Shown here in pieces: positions 51,798-60,629 of a DNA stretch of 64,000 nt. Position 1 is the stretch's first letter. Every line of letters starts with the position of its first letter. The stretch lies in the NCBI GenBank assembly GCA_963804165.1, contig CAWDPO010000023.1:64001-128000 (forward strand). The letters are read 5' to 3'. The DNA comes from an uncultured delta proteobacterium (GTDB taxonomy: Bacteria > Desulfobacterota > Binatia > UBA9968). The position numbers were made by a program, and so were the translations under genes. The notes under the pieces were generated by a model. That model worked only from the letters and a program-made list of their open reading frames with translations. It was not told the origin of the DNA and did not search any database.

Positions 51798-53051
51798 CTA
51801 AGCGCTCTCTGCAGCCTTGGTGTATACGACGATCGGAGGTTCATGTCTTTCCACGACGTCCTCCGAAATAACCACTTCTTTGATGTTTGGCTGGGAGGGC
51901 ATGTCGTACATGATTTCCAACATGATATTTTCCATGATCGCTCGCAGTCCCCGCGCACCCGATTTCCTTTTCGTCGCGTTGCGAGCGATCGCTCGCAACG
52001 CCTCTTCCGTAAACTTTAGATGGACGGACTCCATTTCAAATAGCTTCGAGTATTGTTTGGTTAAAGCGTTTCTTGGTTCTTTCAAAATTCGTACCAACGC
52101 GGATTCATCCAGCTCGTCCAAGGTGGCTATCACCGGTAGGCGGCCGATAAACTCCGGGATGAGTCCAAACTTCAATAGGTCTTCGGTTTGCACATCGTGC
52201 AATAGATCGGTTGAGCGCCGACCGTCTTTGTCTTCCAAATGGCCACCGAATCCCATGCGCTTGCGGCCGGTGCGTTTACGGATAATGTCATCTAAACCCA
52301 CAAATGCGCCACCGCATATAAAAAGAATATTGGTGGTATCCACCTGAAGAAACTCTTGTTGGGGATGTTTGCGCCCGCCCTTCGGCGGGACGCTCGCCAT
52401 GGTTCCCTCGATAATCTTTAGCAATGCTTGCTGTACGCCTTCCCCAGACACGTCCCGAGTGATCGACGGATTATCCGACTTGCGCGAGATTTTATCGATC
52501 TCATCTATATAGACGATGCCGCGTTGCGCCTTTTCGACGTCGTAGTCGGCGGCTTGAAGCAGGTTGAGAATTATATTCTCAACGTCTTCTCCCACATAAC
52601 CTGCCTCGGTCAAACTCGTCGCATCTGCGATCGTGAAGGGAACCTGCAGAAACCGGGCAAGCGTTTGCGCTAAAAGAGTCTTTCCCGATCCGGTTGGACC
52701 GAGCAAAAGGATGTTGCTTTTCTGTAACTCGACGTCACCGGTCACTAACTGACTATCAATTCTCTTATAGTGGTTATGGACGGCCACAGCGAGAATCTTC
52801 TTAGCCCGCTCCTGGCCTATCACGTACTGGTCGAGCACCCGTTTGATTTCAGCGGGTTTCGGCACGTTTGAAGAAGAACTGATATTTTCGTCGTGATCGC
52901 ATTCCTCGGCAATAATGTCGTTACACAGATCAATGCATTCGTCGCAGATGTAAACAGTCGGACCGGCAATTAGCTTGCGGACCTCATCTTGGCTCTTTCC
53001 GCAGAAAGAGCAGACAAGATTTCCCGACCCGTGTTCACCATGCTTCGCCAT
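51798..53051 (-). CDS. clpX: ATP-dependent Clp protease ATP-binding subunit
   Basis: CSFCGK...ICDEC zinc finger, [18 protein letters not shown]. Confidence 0.98.
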   Translation of the reverse strand: MAKHGEHGSGNLVCSFCGKSQDEVRKLIAGPTVYICDECIDLCNDIIAEECDHDENISSSSNVPKPAEIKRVLDQYVIGQERAKKILAVAVHNHYKRIDSQLVTGDVELQKSNILLLGPTGSGKTLLAQTLARFLQVPFTIADATSLTEAGYVGEDVENIILNLLQAADYDVEKAQRGIVYIDEIDKISRKSDNPSITRDVSGEGVQQALLKIIEGTMASVPPKGGRKHPQQEFLQVDTTNILFICGGAFVGLDDIIRKRTGRKRMGFGGHLEDKDGRRSTDLLHDVQTEDLLKFGLIPEFIGRLPVIATLDELDESALVRILKEPRNALTKQYSKLFEMESVHLKFTEEALRAIARNATKRKSGARGLRAIMENIMLEIMYDMPSQPNIKEVVISEDVVERHEPPIVVYTKAAESA

Positions 53052-53074
53052 AGAACCCCCGGTTAAACTTACGG

Positions 53075-53677
53075 CTACTTTTTTATGAGTCCTTCGGGCC
53101 GAGTCGCGATTACCTCGTCAACCAGGCCATACTCTTGCGCCTGTTTGCCCGTCATAAACATATCGCGATCGGTGTCCTTTTCAATTTTTTTCAGACTCTG
53201 TCCCGTGTGCTTCATTAATATATTGTTCAATTCCTCGCGCATACGGAGAATTTCACGAGCTTGAATATCCACATCAGCGGCCTGTCCTTGGAACCCGCCC
53301 AAAGGCTGATGGATCATAATGCGCGAATGAGGCAAGGCGAAACGCTTTGCCTTCGTGCCAGCCGCTAACAAAACTGCGGCCATACTGGCAGCTTGTCCAA
53401 CACATACCGTTGAAATCTGTGGCCGAATGTATTGCATGGTGTCGTAGATCGCTAATCCTGCCGTCACCGAACCACCGGGACTATTAATGTAGAAGAAAAT
53501 ATCGCGTTCGGGATCTTCCGATTCAAGAAAGAGCAGTTGTGCAGTAATAACGTTGGCGACTTCGTCAGTTACGACGGTACCGAGAAAAACGATTCGATCT
53601 TTAAGGAGACGGGAATAAATGTCATAAGCGCGTTCACCACGGCCTGTTTGCTCAACGACAATGGGGATGAAGTTCAT
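53075..53677 (-). CDS. clpP: ATP-dependent Clp protease proteolytic subunit
   Basis: [29 protein letters not shown]. Confidence 0.98.
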   Translation of the reverse strand: MNFIPIVVEQTGRGERAYDIYSRLLKDRIVFLGTVVTDEVANVITAQLLFLESEDPERDIFFYINSPGGSVTAGLAIYDTMQYIRPQISTVCVGQAASMAAVLLAAGTKAKRFALPHSRIMIHQPLGGFQGQAADVDIQAREILRMREELNNILMKHTGQSLKKIEKDTDRDMFMTGKQAQEYGLVDEVIATRPEGLIKK

Positions 53678-53692
53678 ATGTAGCTAAACCCC

Positions 53693-53736
53693 TTATCCAC
53701 AGTCAGCATTCTATCTTTTTTCAGCCTGCTCATCAA
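53693..53736 (-). promoter_or_regulatory. Putative clpP promoter with a DnaA box at the predicted start site
   Basis: TTGATG (53736-53731)-17 nt-TAGAAT (53713-53708, using the tig TAG stop); TTATCCACA on plus strand at 53693-53701. Confidence 0.55.
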
Positions 53737-55036
53737 CCTTAGAAATAGGCGGATCGACTTCTTTGATCGTCGCGCGTTCGAGCAAAGATCCCAGGGTGCG
53801 ATCGAATACCATTTGCGACCGCAAATCATCGCGAGCGTCAGCTCGCGAGTAGAACTCGCGCACGTTTTTGGCGCGGTCCCCCGCCGCGCGCGCGAGGCTG
53901 TCCACCCGATCCTGTACGTCCTTATCCGTGATCTCGATCTGTTCGAGCTGGGCAATCTTTTCTACGAGCAGCGTCGCATGGACTTGGCGCGTGGCTCTGG
54001 CCTCGATGTTTTTTCTCACCTCCTCCAACGGCGCCGGCGCGCCGGCGCCCGAGTCGCGTTGCGCGGCGATCTGATTTTGGTAGCGCTCCATCAAGTATCT
54101 TGTTTGCCGCTCCACCATCGAGGGCGGAATTGTGAACGAGTGCGCTTCGATCAACCGGCCGACCAGCTTTTCTTTAAGCTCTTCGTTTTGGTATTGTCCG
54201 AGTTCCTCTTCCAATCGCCCACGAATGCGCGTTTTCAACTCTTCGAGGGTAGCGCATTCCCCATGGTCTTTGGCGAATTCATCATCAAGCGTGGGCAACA
54301 CCTTTTGCTTAATTTCGCGTACGATGAGGGAAAAATCCACCGCCTTGCTGGCGATTTCTTTATTCGGATAATTTTCGGGGTAATTTACCGTCACGGTTTG
54401 ACGCTCGCCCAACGTTAGCCCGGCAACGGCATCTTCGAATTGGGGTAACGCATGCCCGGAGCCGACTTCGAGCGCATAATTCTCCCCCTTGCTGCCCGAA
54501 AACGGTTTCCCGGTGATGGTGCCCTCGAAATCCAACAAAACAAAATCGCCCTGCTGGACCACTTCACGGCCTTCGACCGGCTCCAGACGAGCATGTCCCT
54601 CCTGCAACCGACGCAGCGCGTCCTCGACTTGAGGTTCCGTGATCGTGATTTTTACCTTCTCGACTTCCATACCCAGGTAGTCTTTGACTTCGAAGTCGGG
54701 CTTCACTTCAAAAACTGCAGAAAAAGAAAAAGGGCCGCTTTCATTAAACTCGGCTGTTTCCACCTCCGGCCGAGAAACGATCTGCAAGCCGCGTTCCTTT
54801 ACGATTTCCTCTAAGGATTCCTCCACAAGATGAGATCTGACTTCGCCTTTAACCTCATCGCCATAGATTCCCTGCAAGACGCTCCGGGGAATCTTTCCAC
54901 TGCGAAAACCCTTGACGCGAACGCGCTGACCAAGATTCTTATACGCGCGTGAAAACTCACCGGCGACGGTTTCGGCGGGAAGTTCGACTCGGACTTTTCG
55001 CTGGACGGGACTCAATTCATCAATATCAATTTTCAT
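53711..55036 (-). CDS. tig: Trigger factor
   Basis: GFRSGKIP ribosome-binding motif, FKBP-like domain, upstream of clpPX. Confidence 0.96.
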   Translation of the reverse strand: MKIDIDELSPVQRKVRVELPAETVAGEFSRAYKNLGQRVRVKGFRSGKIPRSVLQGIYGDEVKGEVRSHLVEESLEEIVKERGLQIVSRPEVETAEFNESGPFSFSAVFEVKPDFEVKDYLGMEVEKVKITITEPQVEDALRRLQEGHARLEPVEGREVVQQGDFVLLDFEGTITGKPFSGSKGENYALEVGSGHALPQFEDAVAGLTLGERQTVTVNYPENYPNKEIASKAVDFSLIVREIKQKVLPTLDDEFAKDHGECATLEELKTRIRGRLEEELGQYQNEELKEKLVGRLIEAHSFTIPPSMVERQTRYLMERYQNQIAAQRDSGAGAPAPLEEVRKNIEARATRQVHATLLVEKIAQLEQIEITDKDVQDRVDSLARAAGDRAKNVREFYSRADARDDLRSQMVFDRTLGSLLERATIKEVDPPISKVDEQAEKR

Positions 55037-55163
55037 GGTGAATTCTTATGAGACTCTTCGCGTGTGGCGAAAAGTCGATTTCAACCAATGTATGATCGCC
55101 ACGGCGTCCCTGTACCAACCTTTCTTTCCAGATGCCTTCAAAAACTAATTCGCAAATAACCGA

Positions 55164-55246
55164 TGGTGCGAGAGGGGGGACTCGAACCCCCACGGTTACC
55201 CGCTAGATCCTAAGTCTAGTGCGTCTGCCAGTTCCGCCACTCTCGC
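55164..55246 (-). tRNA. tRNA-Leu (TAG)
   Basis: ctaga-ctTAGga-tctag, variable arm, CCA end. Confidence 0.95.
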
Positions 55247-55297
55247 GAAAACCGGATTCGACAATGAACTCACCATTCGCATTCTGACTCGAATTGC

Positions 55298-55326
55298 AGA
55301 GTAAAAATAACCTGTCGGTATGTCAA
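55298..55326 (-). promoter_or_regulatory. Putative sigma70 promoter for tRNA-Leu-tig
   Basis: TTGACA-17 nt-TACTCT. Confidence 0.6.
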
Positions 55327-55609
55327 GCGCCGTTGAACCCAGGATTCAGATCTCAGTGTTATACCGCGTGCGAATAGCGCCGTTTGCGCCGGCGTTTTTC
55401 AATTCGGGACTCTGCGTGAATAGTTTAGCTGCACGGAATTACTGGCAGAGCGAATATCTGGAACAACATCGCCCGCCAAATCGGAGCCGAAGAATCAGCG
55501 CTGAGCTCTGGGCGGAGATCAGGATAACCGCCAGCGTTGCAACCCGCGATGATAGTCGTCAAGAGAATTGAGATTGACAGAGCTTAACCCTCCCGGATCA
55601 ATGGCGTGC

Positions 55610-56090
55610 GTTTCTTCTTCGGCAACAATTCGAGTCGCAGCCTCCGTACAAAAATGTCGGCCTAAGTTTTCCTTCTTCAAGTTATCGCTTCAACAGCGCC
55701 ACTACTGACTTTCGGTAGACGGCATGAGAGGTCGGAGCCAGCCCTGCCAAAACGGTACGGCAACCTCCGCGTCGCCGAGCCTGGCGATGACAAACCGCAC
55801 TAGCTCAGTGCTTAGAAAACGGTGCGTCGGAGAAACTTACAAAACAAATCTCCGTCCGCAGCTTGCAAACCGTGGACGATGCCACTGGCCGGCCCTTGAA
55901 AGGGCGGCTCGTCGCGTACGACTATGACGGGTAAGCCCGGGAATCTAAATCCCGGCGCGGTCACGACGACGACTTCATCAAAGTCCTACGTTAACTTCCG
56001 CGCCATGTGAGAGATCAACGGCTCGCCGTCGAACTGTAGGAAGGAATTTTGGAGTTGCCGCCCGCGAGGATGATCGCGGAGACATTGTCC
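55610..56090 (+). ncRNA. Candidate large structured non-coding RNA, family unassigned
   Basis: No credible ORF; many hairpins with G-U pairs and A-rich loops on the plus strand; 5'/3' end pairing cggcaac 55620-55626 with gttgccg 56054-56060; TTGACA at 55574 upstream. Confidence 0.45.
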
Positions 56091-56171
56091 TGTCGCACTC
56101 ACACGTTCATGATTTGACAACAGCACCAATGATGAAAAATTTCAAAAAGGCCGGTGTCAAATGCCTTTCTA

Positions 56172-56486
56172 TCACTTCATCTGGCACTGGCTGCAAGGGC
56201 AGAGGGTTCTTAAATAATCGTACGTGTAAATACCCGTACTGTGACCGTCATTCCAGCGCATTTCGATGGCATAATTCCCGACTGGACTGATCGCCCCCAA
56301 CTTCGCATCGGGAACATCAATAAATCGCCGCTGAGCGCCGTGTCCCTGACAAAGCGCGCAGGGGCAGTGACCGCGGAGATACGCTTCGGCATATTCGCCC
56401 ACATGCCCGTCGTCCCAGGTCATACGTACAACGCCGCGCGCTCTAATATGGTTAATTTCGGTAGGGATGGGCATGGACATCGACAC
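56172..56486 (-). CDS. DUF971 / gamma-butyrobetaine hydroxylase N-terminal-like zinc-binding protein
   Basis: W.DGH...Y...YLR..CPCA.C, VGNYAI...WNDGHSTGIYTYDYLR.LC. Confidence 0.9.
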   Translation of the reverse strand: MSMSMPIPTEINHIRARGVVRMTWDDGHVGEYAEAYLRGHCPCALCQGHGAQRRFIDVPDAKLGAISPVGNYAIEMRWNDGHSTGIYTYDYLRTLCPCSQCQMK

Positions 56487-56488
56487 GC

Positions 56489-57028
56489 CTATAATTCAAC
56501 GAGACCGTCGCCGATCGCGGTCATAAAGCCGATCCGGTCACGATTGATCAAATAGGTTCGCGGCCCAACAACCGGTCGGTCCACCAGTGTCGCATCAGTC
56601 ACTGGAAAAAACTGGCTCTTCTCCATGAGTAACTCGTGAAGCGCGCTTCCGGGCAACAAATGAACGCTTCCTTGCAGCAAGTATGGTCCGACGCTGAACA
56701 ACGCTCTGCTCGGATCCTTTTTAACGTACAAATGGTCTATTCCCGACCGCTGCATCCGTGCTTCTGAGCTTAAGTCGGCGATCAGAAATACTTCGTGCAT
56801 ATAGATCAGATACTCATCGGCGCCGACCGATACAGGTTTTCGGTTATATTGCTCTAGAGTGGCATCCTTGAGAGAGAATACCGTGTCGCCTTGCCGGACA
56901 AACAAATAATTGCTCAATCGATCTTGATTCGTCGCGAGCACGCCGCGCACCACGGCTGCATGGAGATAAACCTCCAGGTACATCGTGTACGTGAAATTGT
57001 CCTCGCCAGCCATCTGCTTTTGAACCAC
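56489..57028 (-). CDS. Hypothetical protein with internal tandem duplication (DUF6812-like)
   Basis: Two similar halves: FSLKDATL...YLIYMHEV and FFPVTDATL...YLINRDRI; 2 nt from the DUF971 start (alternative start ATG 57013). Confidence 0.7.
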   Translation of the reverse strand: MVQKQMAGEDNFTYTMYLEVYLHAAVVRGVLATNQDRLSNYLFVRQGDTVFSLKDATLEQYNRKPVSVGADEYLIYMHEVFLIADLSSEARMQRSGIDHLYVKKDPSRALFSVGPYLLQGSVHLLPGSALHELLMEKSQFFPVTDATLVDRPVVGPRTYLINRDRIGFMTAIGDGLVEL

Positions 57029-57168
57029 TTCCGATCACAGCGTTGATAAGTATCTTAAAACTCCTAAGACGATTATCTCATCACGCCCCTGCTTTAACAA
57101 CAAAGCTCATTGCCAAGTCGAGGCATGAAAGCGTGCGGGTTTCAAAATTTCGCAGCGAAGGGAGGAAA

Positions 57169-57244
<76 letters not shown>

Positions 57245-57257
57245 GACACAAAGAAAG

Positions 57258-57313
57258 GGACGAAGGCGGAAGGCAAAGGGATAAAACGGAAAGTCATCCT
57301 TCATCCTTTGTAT
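57258..57313. repeat. Degenerate GGATGAA/TTCATCC heptamer inverted repeat in tRNA spacer
   Basis: ggacgaa-ggcggaa-ggcaaag-ggataaa ... gtcatcc-ttcatcc-tttgtat. Confidence 0.6.
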
Positions 57314-57321
57314 TTTCAAAC

Positions 57322-57399
57322 TGGGGTGAGTGAAGGGACTTGAACCCTCAACCCCTGGGACCACAACCCAGTGCTCTAACCAGTTGAGCTACACTCACC
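57322..57399 (-). tRNA. tRNA-His (GTG)
   Basis: ctggg-ttGTGgt-cccag, encoded G-1 and C discriminator, CCA end. Confidence 0.96.
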
Positions 57400-57414
57400 G
57401 CAAACAAGCGATTC

Positions 57415-57491
57415 TGGCGCGCCAGAAGGGATTCGAACCCCTGACCTACGGCTTAGAAGGCCGTTGCTCTATCCAACTGAGCTACTGGCGC
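57415..57491 (-). tRNA. tRNA-Arg (TCT)
   Basis: acggc-ctTCTaa-gccgt, CCA end. Confidence 0.96.
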
Positions 57492-57507
57492 CGAACATCA
57501 TCACGGT

Positions 57508-57573
57508 TGCTGAGTATTGAGCGACACCTTTCCGCTCCGCATTTTCTCAATACTCAACACTCACAACTCAGTA
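57508..57573. repeat. CTCANNA heptamer inverted repeat in tRNA spacer
   Basis: tgctgag-tattgag ... ctcaata-ctcaaca-ctcacaa-ctcagta. Confidence 0.7.
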
Positions 57574-57581
57574 CTGTTTTT

Positions 57582-57658
57582 TGGTCGGGGCGAGAAGATT
57601 CGAACTTCCGACCCCCTGCGCCCAAGGCAGGTGCGCTACCAGGCTGCGCTACGCCCCG
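57582..57658 (-). tRNA. tRNA-Pro (TGG)
   Basis: cctgc-ctTGGgc-gcagg, CCA end. Confidence 0.96.
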
Positions 57659-57675
57659 TCAATTGACCAGGGGTC

Positions 57676-57703
57676 ATTCTACACAGAGACTTCGTGAAAT
57701 CAA
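57676..57703 (-). promoter_or_regulatory. Putative promoter for tRNA Pro-Arg-His-Lys cluster
   Basis: TTGATT-16 nt-TAGAAT overlapping the rdgB stop. Confidence 0.45.
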
Positions 57704-58320
57704 GGTGTTACGGCCAAATCGACTAGCGATGGCATGATCTCGGCAACTTTCTTGAGCGCCCTGCCGCGATGACTCACATTCGCCTTAACTTCGCGCTCGA
57801 TCTCGCCGAAGGTCCTGCCGAAGGGCGGATAGAAAAACAGCGGATCGTAACCGAATCCATGGGAGCCTTTTAGCGCAAATGCGATGCGCCCTTCGCAAGA
57901 TTCACGCACGGTCCATACTCTTTTGCAGTGAGATTTAGGCGCGCACAACGCCAGAGCGCAGACAAAACGCGCCGTCCGCTGCTCCTCTGGAATGGCCTCC
58001 AGTTCACGCAGAAGTTTTTCATTATTCTTCTCGTCGTTGCCATTTTCACCCGCATACCGGGCCGAATAGATCCCCGGCGCGCCGTTCAAAGCATCGACTT
58101 CCAAACCCGAGTCATCGGCCAGCGTCAGCAGACCCGAATGCTCCGCCAGAATCCGCGCTTTTTTTAGCGCGTTCGCTTCAAAGGTCGCGCCGTCTTCAAC
58201 GACCGCGGGTGGATCGCGCAGATCGCTCAGGGGAACAATGCGCAGCGGAAGCTTGCTTAAGAAGGCTCGCACCTCTGCAAATTTGCCCGCATTGGTCGTC
58301 GCGACCAGAAGGTCGATCAT
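57700..58320 (-). CDS. rdgB: dITP/XTP pyrophosphatase, RdgB/HAM1 family
   Basis: [44 protein letters not shown]. Confidence 0.96.
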   Translation of the reverse strand: MIDLLVATTNAGKFAEVRAFLSKLPLRIVPLSDLRDPPAVVEDGATFEANALKKARILAEHSGLLTLADDSGLEVDALNGAPGIYSARYAGENGNDEKNNEKLLRELEAIPEEQRTARFVCALALCAPKSHCKRVWTVRESCEGRIAFALKGSHGFGYDPLFFYPPFGRTFGEIEREVKANVSHRGRALKKVAEIMPSLVDLAVTP

Positions 58321-58332
58321 TTTCGCATCGAA

Positions 58333-59055
58333 TCAGGCGAGAGACGCTATTACTCTCTTTTGCGCTTTTAGCAGCTCTTTGATCCCCTGCTGGGCAATCT
58401 CGGTCATGCGCTCCAGCTGCTTTTTTGTGAATGGAGAGCTTTCCGCGGTCCCCTGTACTTCAATGAATTTCCCGGCGCCGGTCATGACGAAGTTCATGTC
58501 GACGTCTGCCCGGCTATCTTCCTCATAACAAAGATCCAGATGAATCTTGCCGTCGATGACCCCGATGCTCACTGCGGCGACGGAATCCTTGATCGGGTCG
58601 GCGCTGATGAAGCCACGGCCGAGCCAGCCGCGCACGGCTTCCACCAGGGCGACATAAGCGCCGGTGATCGACGCCGTTCTCGTTCCGCCGTCGGCTTGGA
58701 TCACATCGCAATCAACCCATATCGTGCGCTCACCCAGGCTTTTCAGATCGGCAATTGCACGCAAGCTCCGACCAATGAGCCGTTGTATCTCGTGCGTGCG
58801 ACCGCCCACTCTGCCGCGCGAGGACTCGCGACCGACGCGTTGTTGTGACGAACCCGGCAGCATGCCGTATTCGGCGGTGATCCAGCCCTTGCCGCTGTTG
58901 CGCAGAAACGGCGGCACGCGCTCTTCGAGCTTCGCTGTGCAAATAACTTTGGTATCACCCATTTCAATCAATACCGAGCCTTCGGCCGTCTTGATATAGC
59001 TCGGCGTAATCTTCAGCGGTCGCAACTGTGTCGCTTGTCGTCCGTCTGATCTCAT
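58333..59055 (-). CDS. rph: Ribonuclease PH
   Basis: [47 protein letters not shown]. Confidence 0.98.
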   Translation of the reverse strand: MRSDGRQATQLRPLKITPSYIKTAEGSVLIEMGDTKVICTAKLEERVPPFLRNSGKGWITAEYGMLPGSSQQRVGRESSRGRVGGRTHEIQRLIGRSLRAIADLKSLGERTIWVDCDVIQADGGTRTASITGAYVALVEAVRGWLGRGFISADPIKDSVAAVSIGVIDGKIHLDLCYEEDSRADVDMNFVMTGAGKFIEVQGTAESSPFTKKQLERMTEIAQQGIKELLKAQKRVIASLA

Positions 59056-59071
59056 TCTTAGTCCGATCTTC

Positions 59072-59110
59072 CGTTCTAACTGTTCAAGCCGTTCAAATCG
59101 CTCAAACCGT
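59072..59110. repeat. Four degenerate 9-mer tandem repeats upstream of rph
   Basis: cgttctaac-tgttcaagc-cgttcaaat-cgctcaaac-cgt. Confidence 0.6.
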
Positions 59111-59176
59111 CTATCTCGGTTTAATTTTGCCCTTTTACCGTTGCTTTTTTTAGTATTGCCGATTTCTGGTCGCTTC

Positions 59177-60596
59177 TTAGCTATTCAAATGAAATACCAC
59201 CATCTTCAATTCGCTCATCTCCTGCACGGCATACTTCGGCCCCTCTTTGCCGAAGCCGGAATCTTTGAGACCGCCATAGGGCATCAAATCGACGCGCCAT
59301 TGCGATCCCCAGTTGACGTGCAGATTGCCGGCTTCCGCCTCGCGCGCGAACTTCATCGCCCATTCGACATTGTCGGTGAAAATGCCGGCGGAAAGACCGT
59401 AAACGCTATCGTTCGCCAGCGCGATCGCTTCTTCGATCGTCTCAAAGGGCGTCATCGCCACCGCCGGCCCGAATAATTCGTCGCGCGAGATGCGCATGTC
59501 CGGGTGCACATCCGCCACCACCGCCGGCAGATAAATCGCGCCGCGTCTGCCGCCGCCGGCGACCAGGCGCGCGCCACCGCTGACGGCTTCGCTGATCCAA
59601 TTGTCGACTCGAATCGCTTCACTCTCTTTTACCATCGGTCCGACTTTGGATTTTTCGTCAAGCTGATTACCTGTGGTTAGGGCTTCGACCTTTGGTTTCA
59701 TCGAGCTCAACAGATCGCCGTAAACCTTTTTTGCCGCCAAAACCCGTTGTGTCGATATACAAGTTTGGCCGGCATTGCCGTATCCGGTCATCGCCAAGAC
59801 GGTCGAAACTTTGTCCAAGTCCGCGTCGGGCATGACGATCACCGGACTATTCGAACCGAGCTCCATGGTTACTTTTTTAATTCCCGCCGTACGACAAATG
59901 CGCTCGCCGATCTCCCGGCTGCCGGTAAATGTGACCTTGCGCACGCGCCGGTCGGCGACCAACGCATCACCGATCTCGCCCCCCGAGCCGGTAAGGCATT
60001 GGATGCCTTCGGCAGGCAGACCGGCTTCGAGTAAAATCTCCGTCAGCTTCAGCGCCGACAACGGCGTATCCGAAGCCGGCTTTATGATAACGGAATTGCC
60101 GGCAGCCAGTGCCGGGTCCTACCTTATGGGCGACTAGGTTCAATGGAAAATTGAACGGCGCGATCGCCGCCACCACGCCGCAAGGGATGCGCAGGGTGAA
60201 ACCAAATTTTTTCGCGCCGGTCGGATCGGCATCCAACGGCACGGTTTCGCCGTACAAACGCTTGGCTTCTTCCGCCGAGCCCATGATGGTCTCGACCGCG
60301 CGGTTCGCCTCGCCGCGGCCTTCGGCGATGATTTTTCCTTCTTCTTTAGAAATAAGCTGACCCAATTCCTCGTTGCGGGCCGCCATCATGTCCGCCGCTT
60401 TGCGCAATATCTTCCAACGCTCATAGCTCGAGAGTTTGGCCATGACCTTGGCGCCGCGCTCGGCGTAGGCGAGCGCTTTCTCCAAGTCTTGGGCGTCGGC
60501 GCGCGGCACAGTATCGATCACCGAATTATCGAACGGGTTGGTCACTTCGATTTTTTTCGGCTTTTCGACCCAGTTACCGGCAAGAAATATTTTCAT
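59177..60596 (-). CDS. Aldehyde dehydrogenase family protein (single +1 frameshift near 60115)
   Basis: [15 protein letters not shown] joins [14 protein letters not shown] if one base of the ggg run at 60114-60116 is removed; [32 protein letters not shown]. Confidence 0.92.
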
Positions 60597-60629
60597 GTTT
60601 CACCCCCTTCGAAACGCTCGTTTCGCGGC

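Noticed and set aside
55320-55927. ORFs 55320..55571 and 55724..55927 as proteins
   Set aside because: No recognisable motifs or convincing RBS; the first overlaps the tRNA-Leu promoter and the second lies in the hairpin-rich segment
55850-55990. Group I intron core (Q-like tccgcagc, R-like acgacta, S-like aaagtcc)
   Set aside because: P7 would need GACTA/TAGTC but the partner is AAGTC, which pairs locally with gactt; there is no interrupted host gene
55606-56100. Group II intron (GTGCG at 55606), tmRNA, RNase P or SRP identity for the structured region
   Set aside because: No domain V, no tRNA-like GGGG...CCA ends or tag ORF, no GAGGAAAGTCC, no SRP GGAAGGAAGCAGC loop motif on either strand
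60100-60125. Programmed frameshift or split gene in the aldehyde dehydrogenase
   Set aside because: One extra base in a short homopolymer restores the conserved GPALAAGN; no slippery heptamer is seen, so a sequencing indel is more likely
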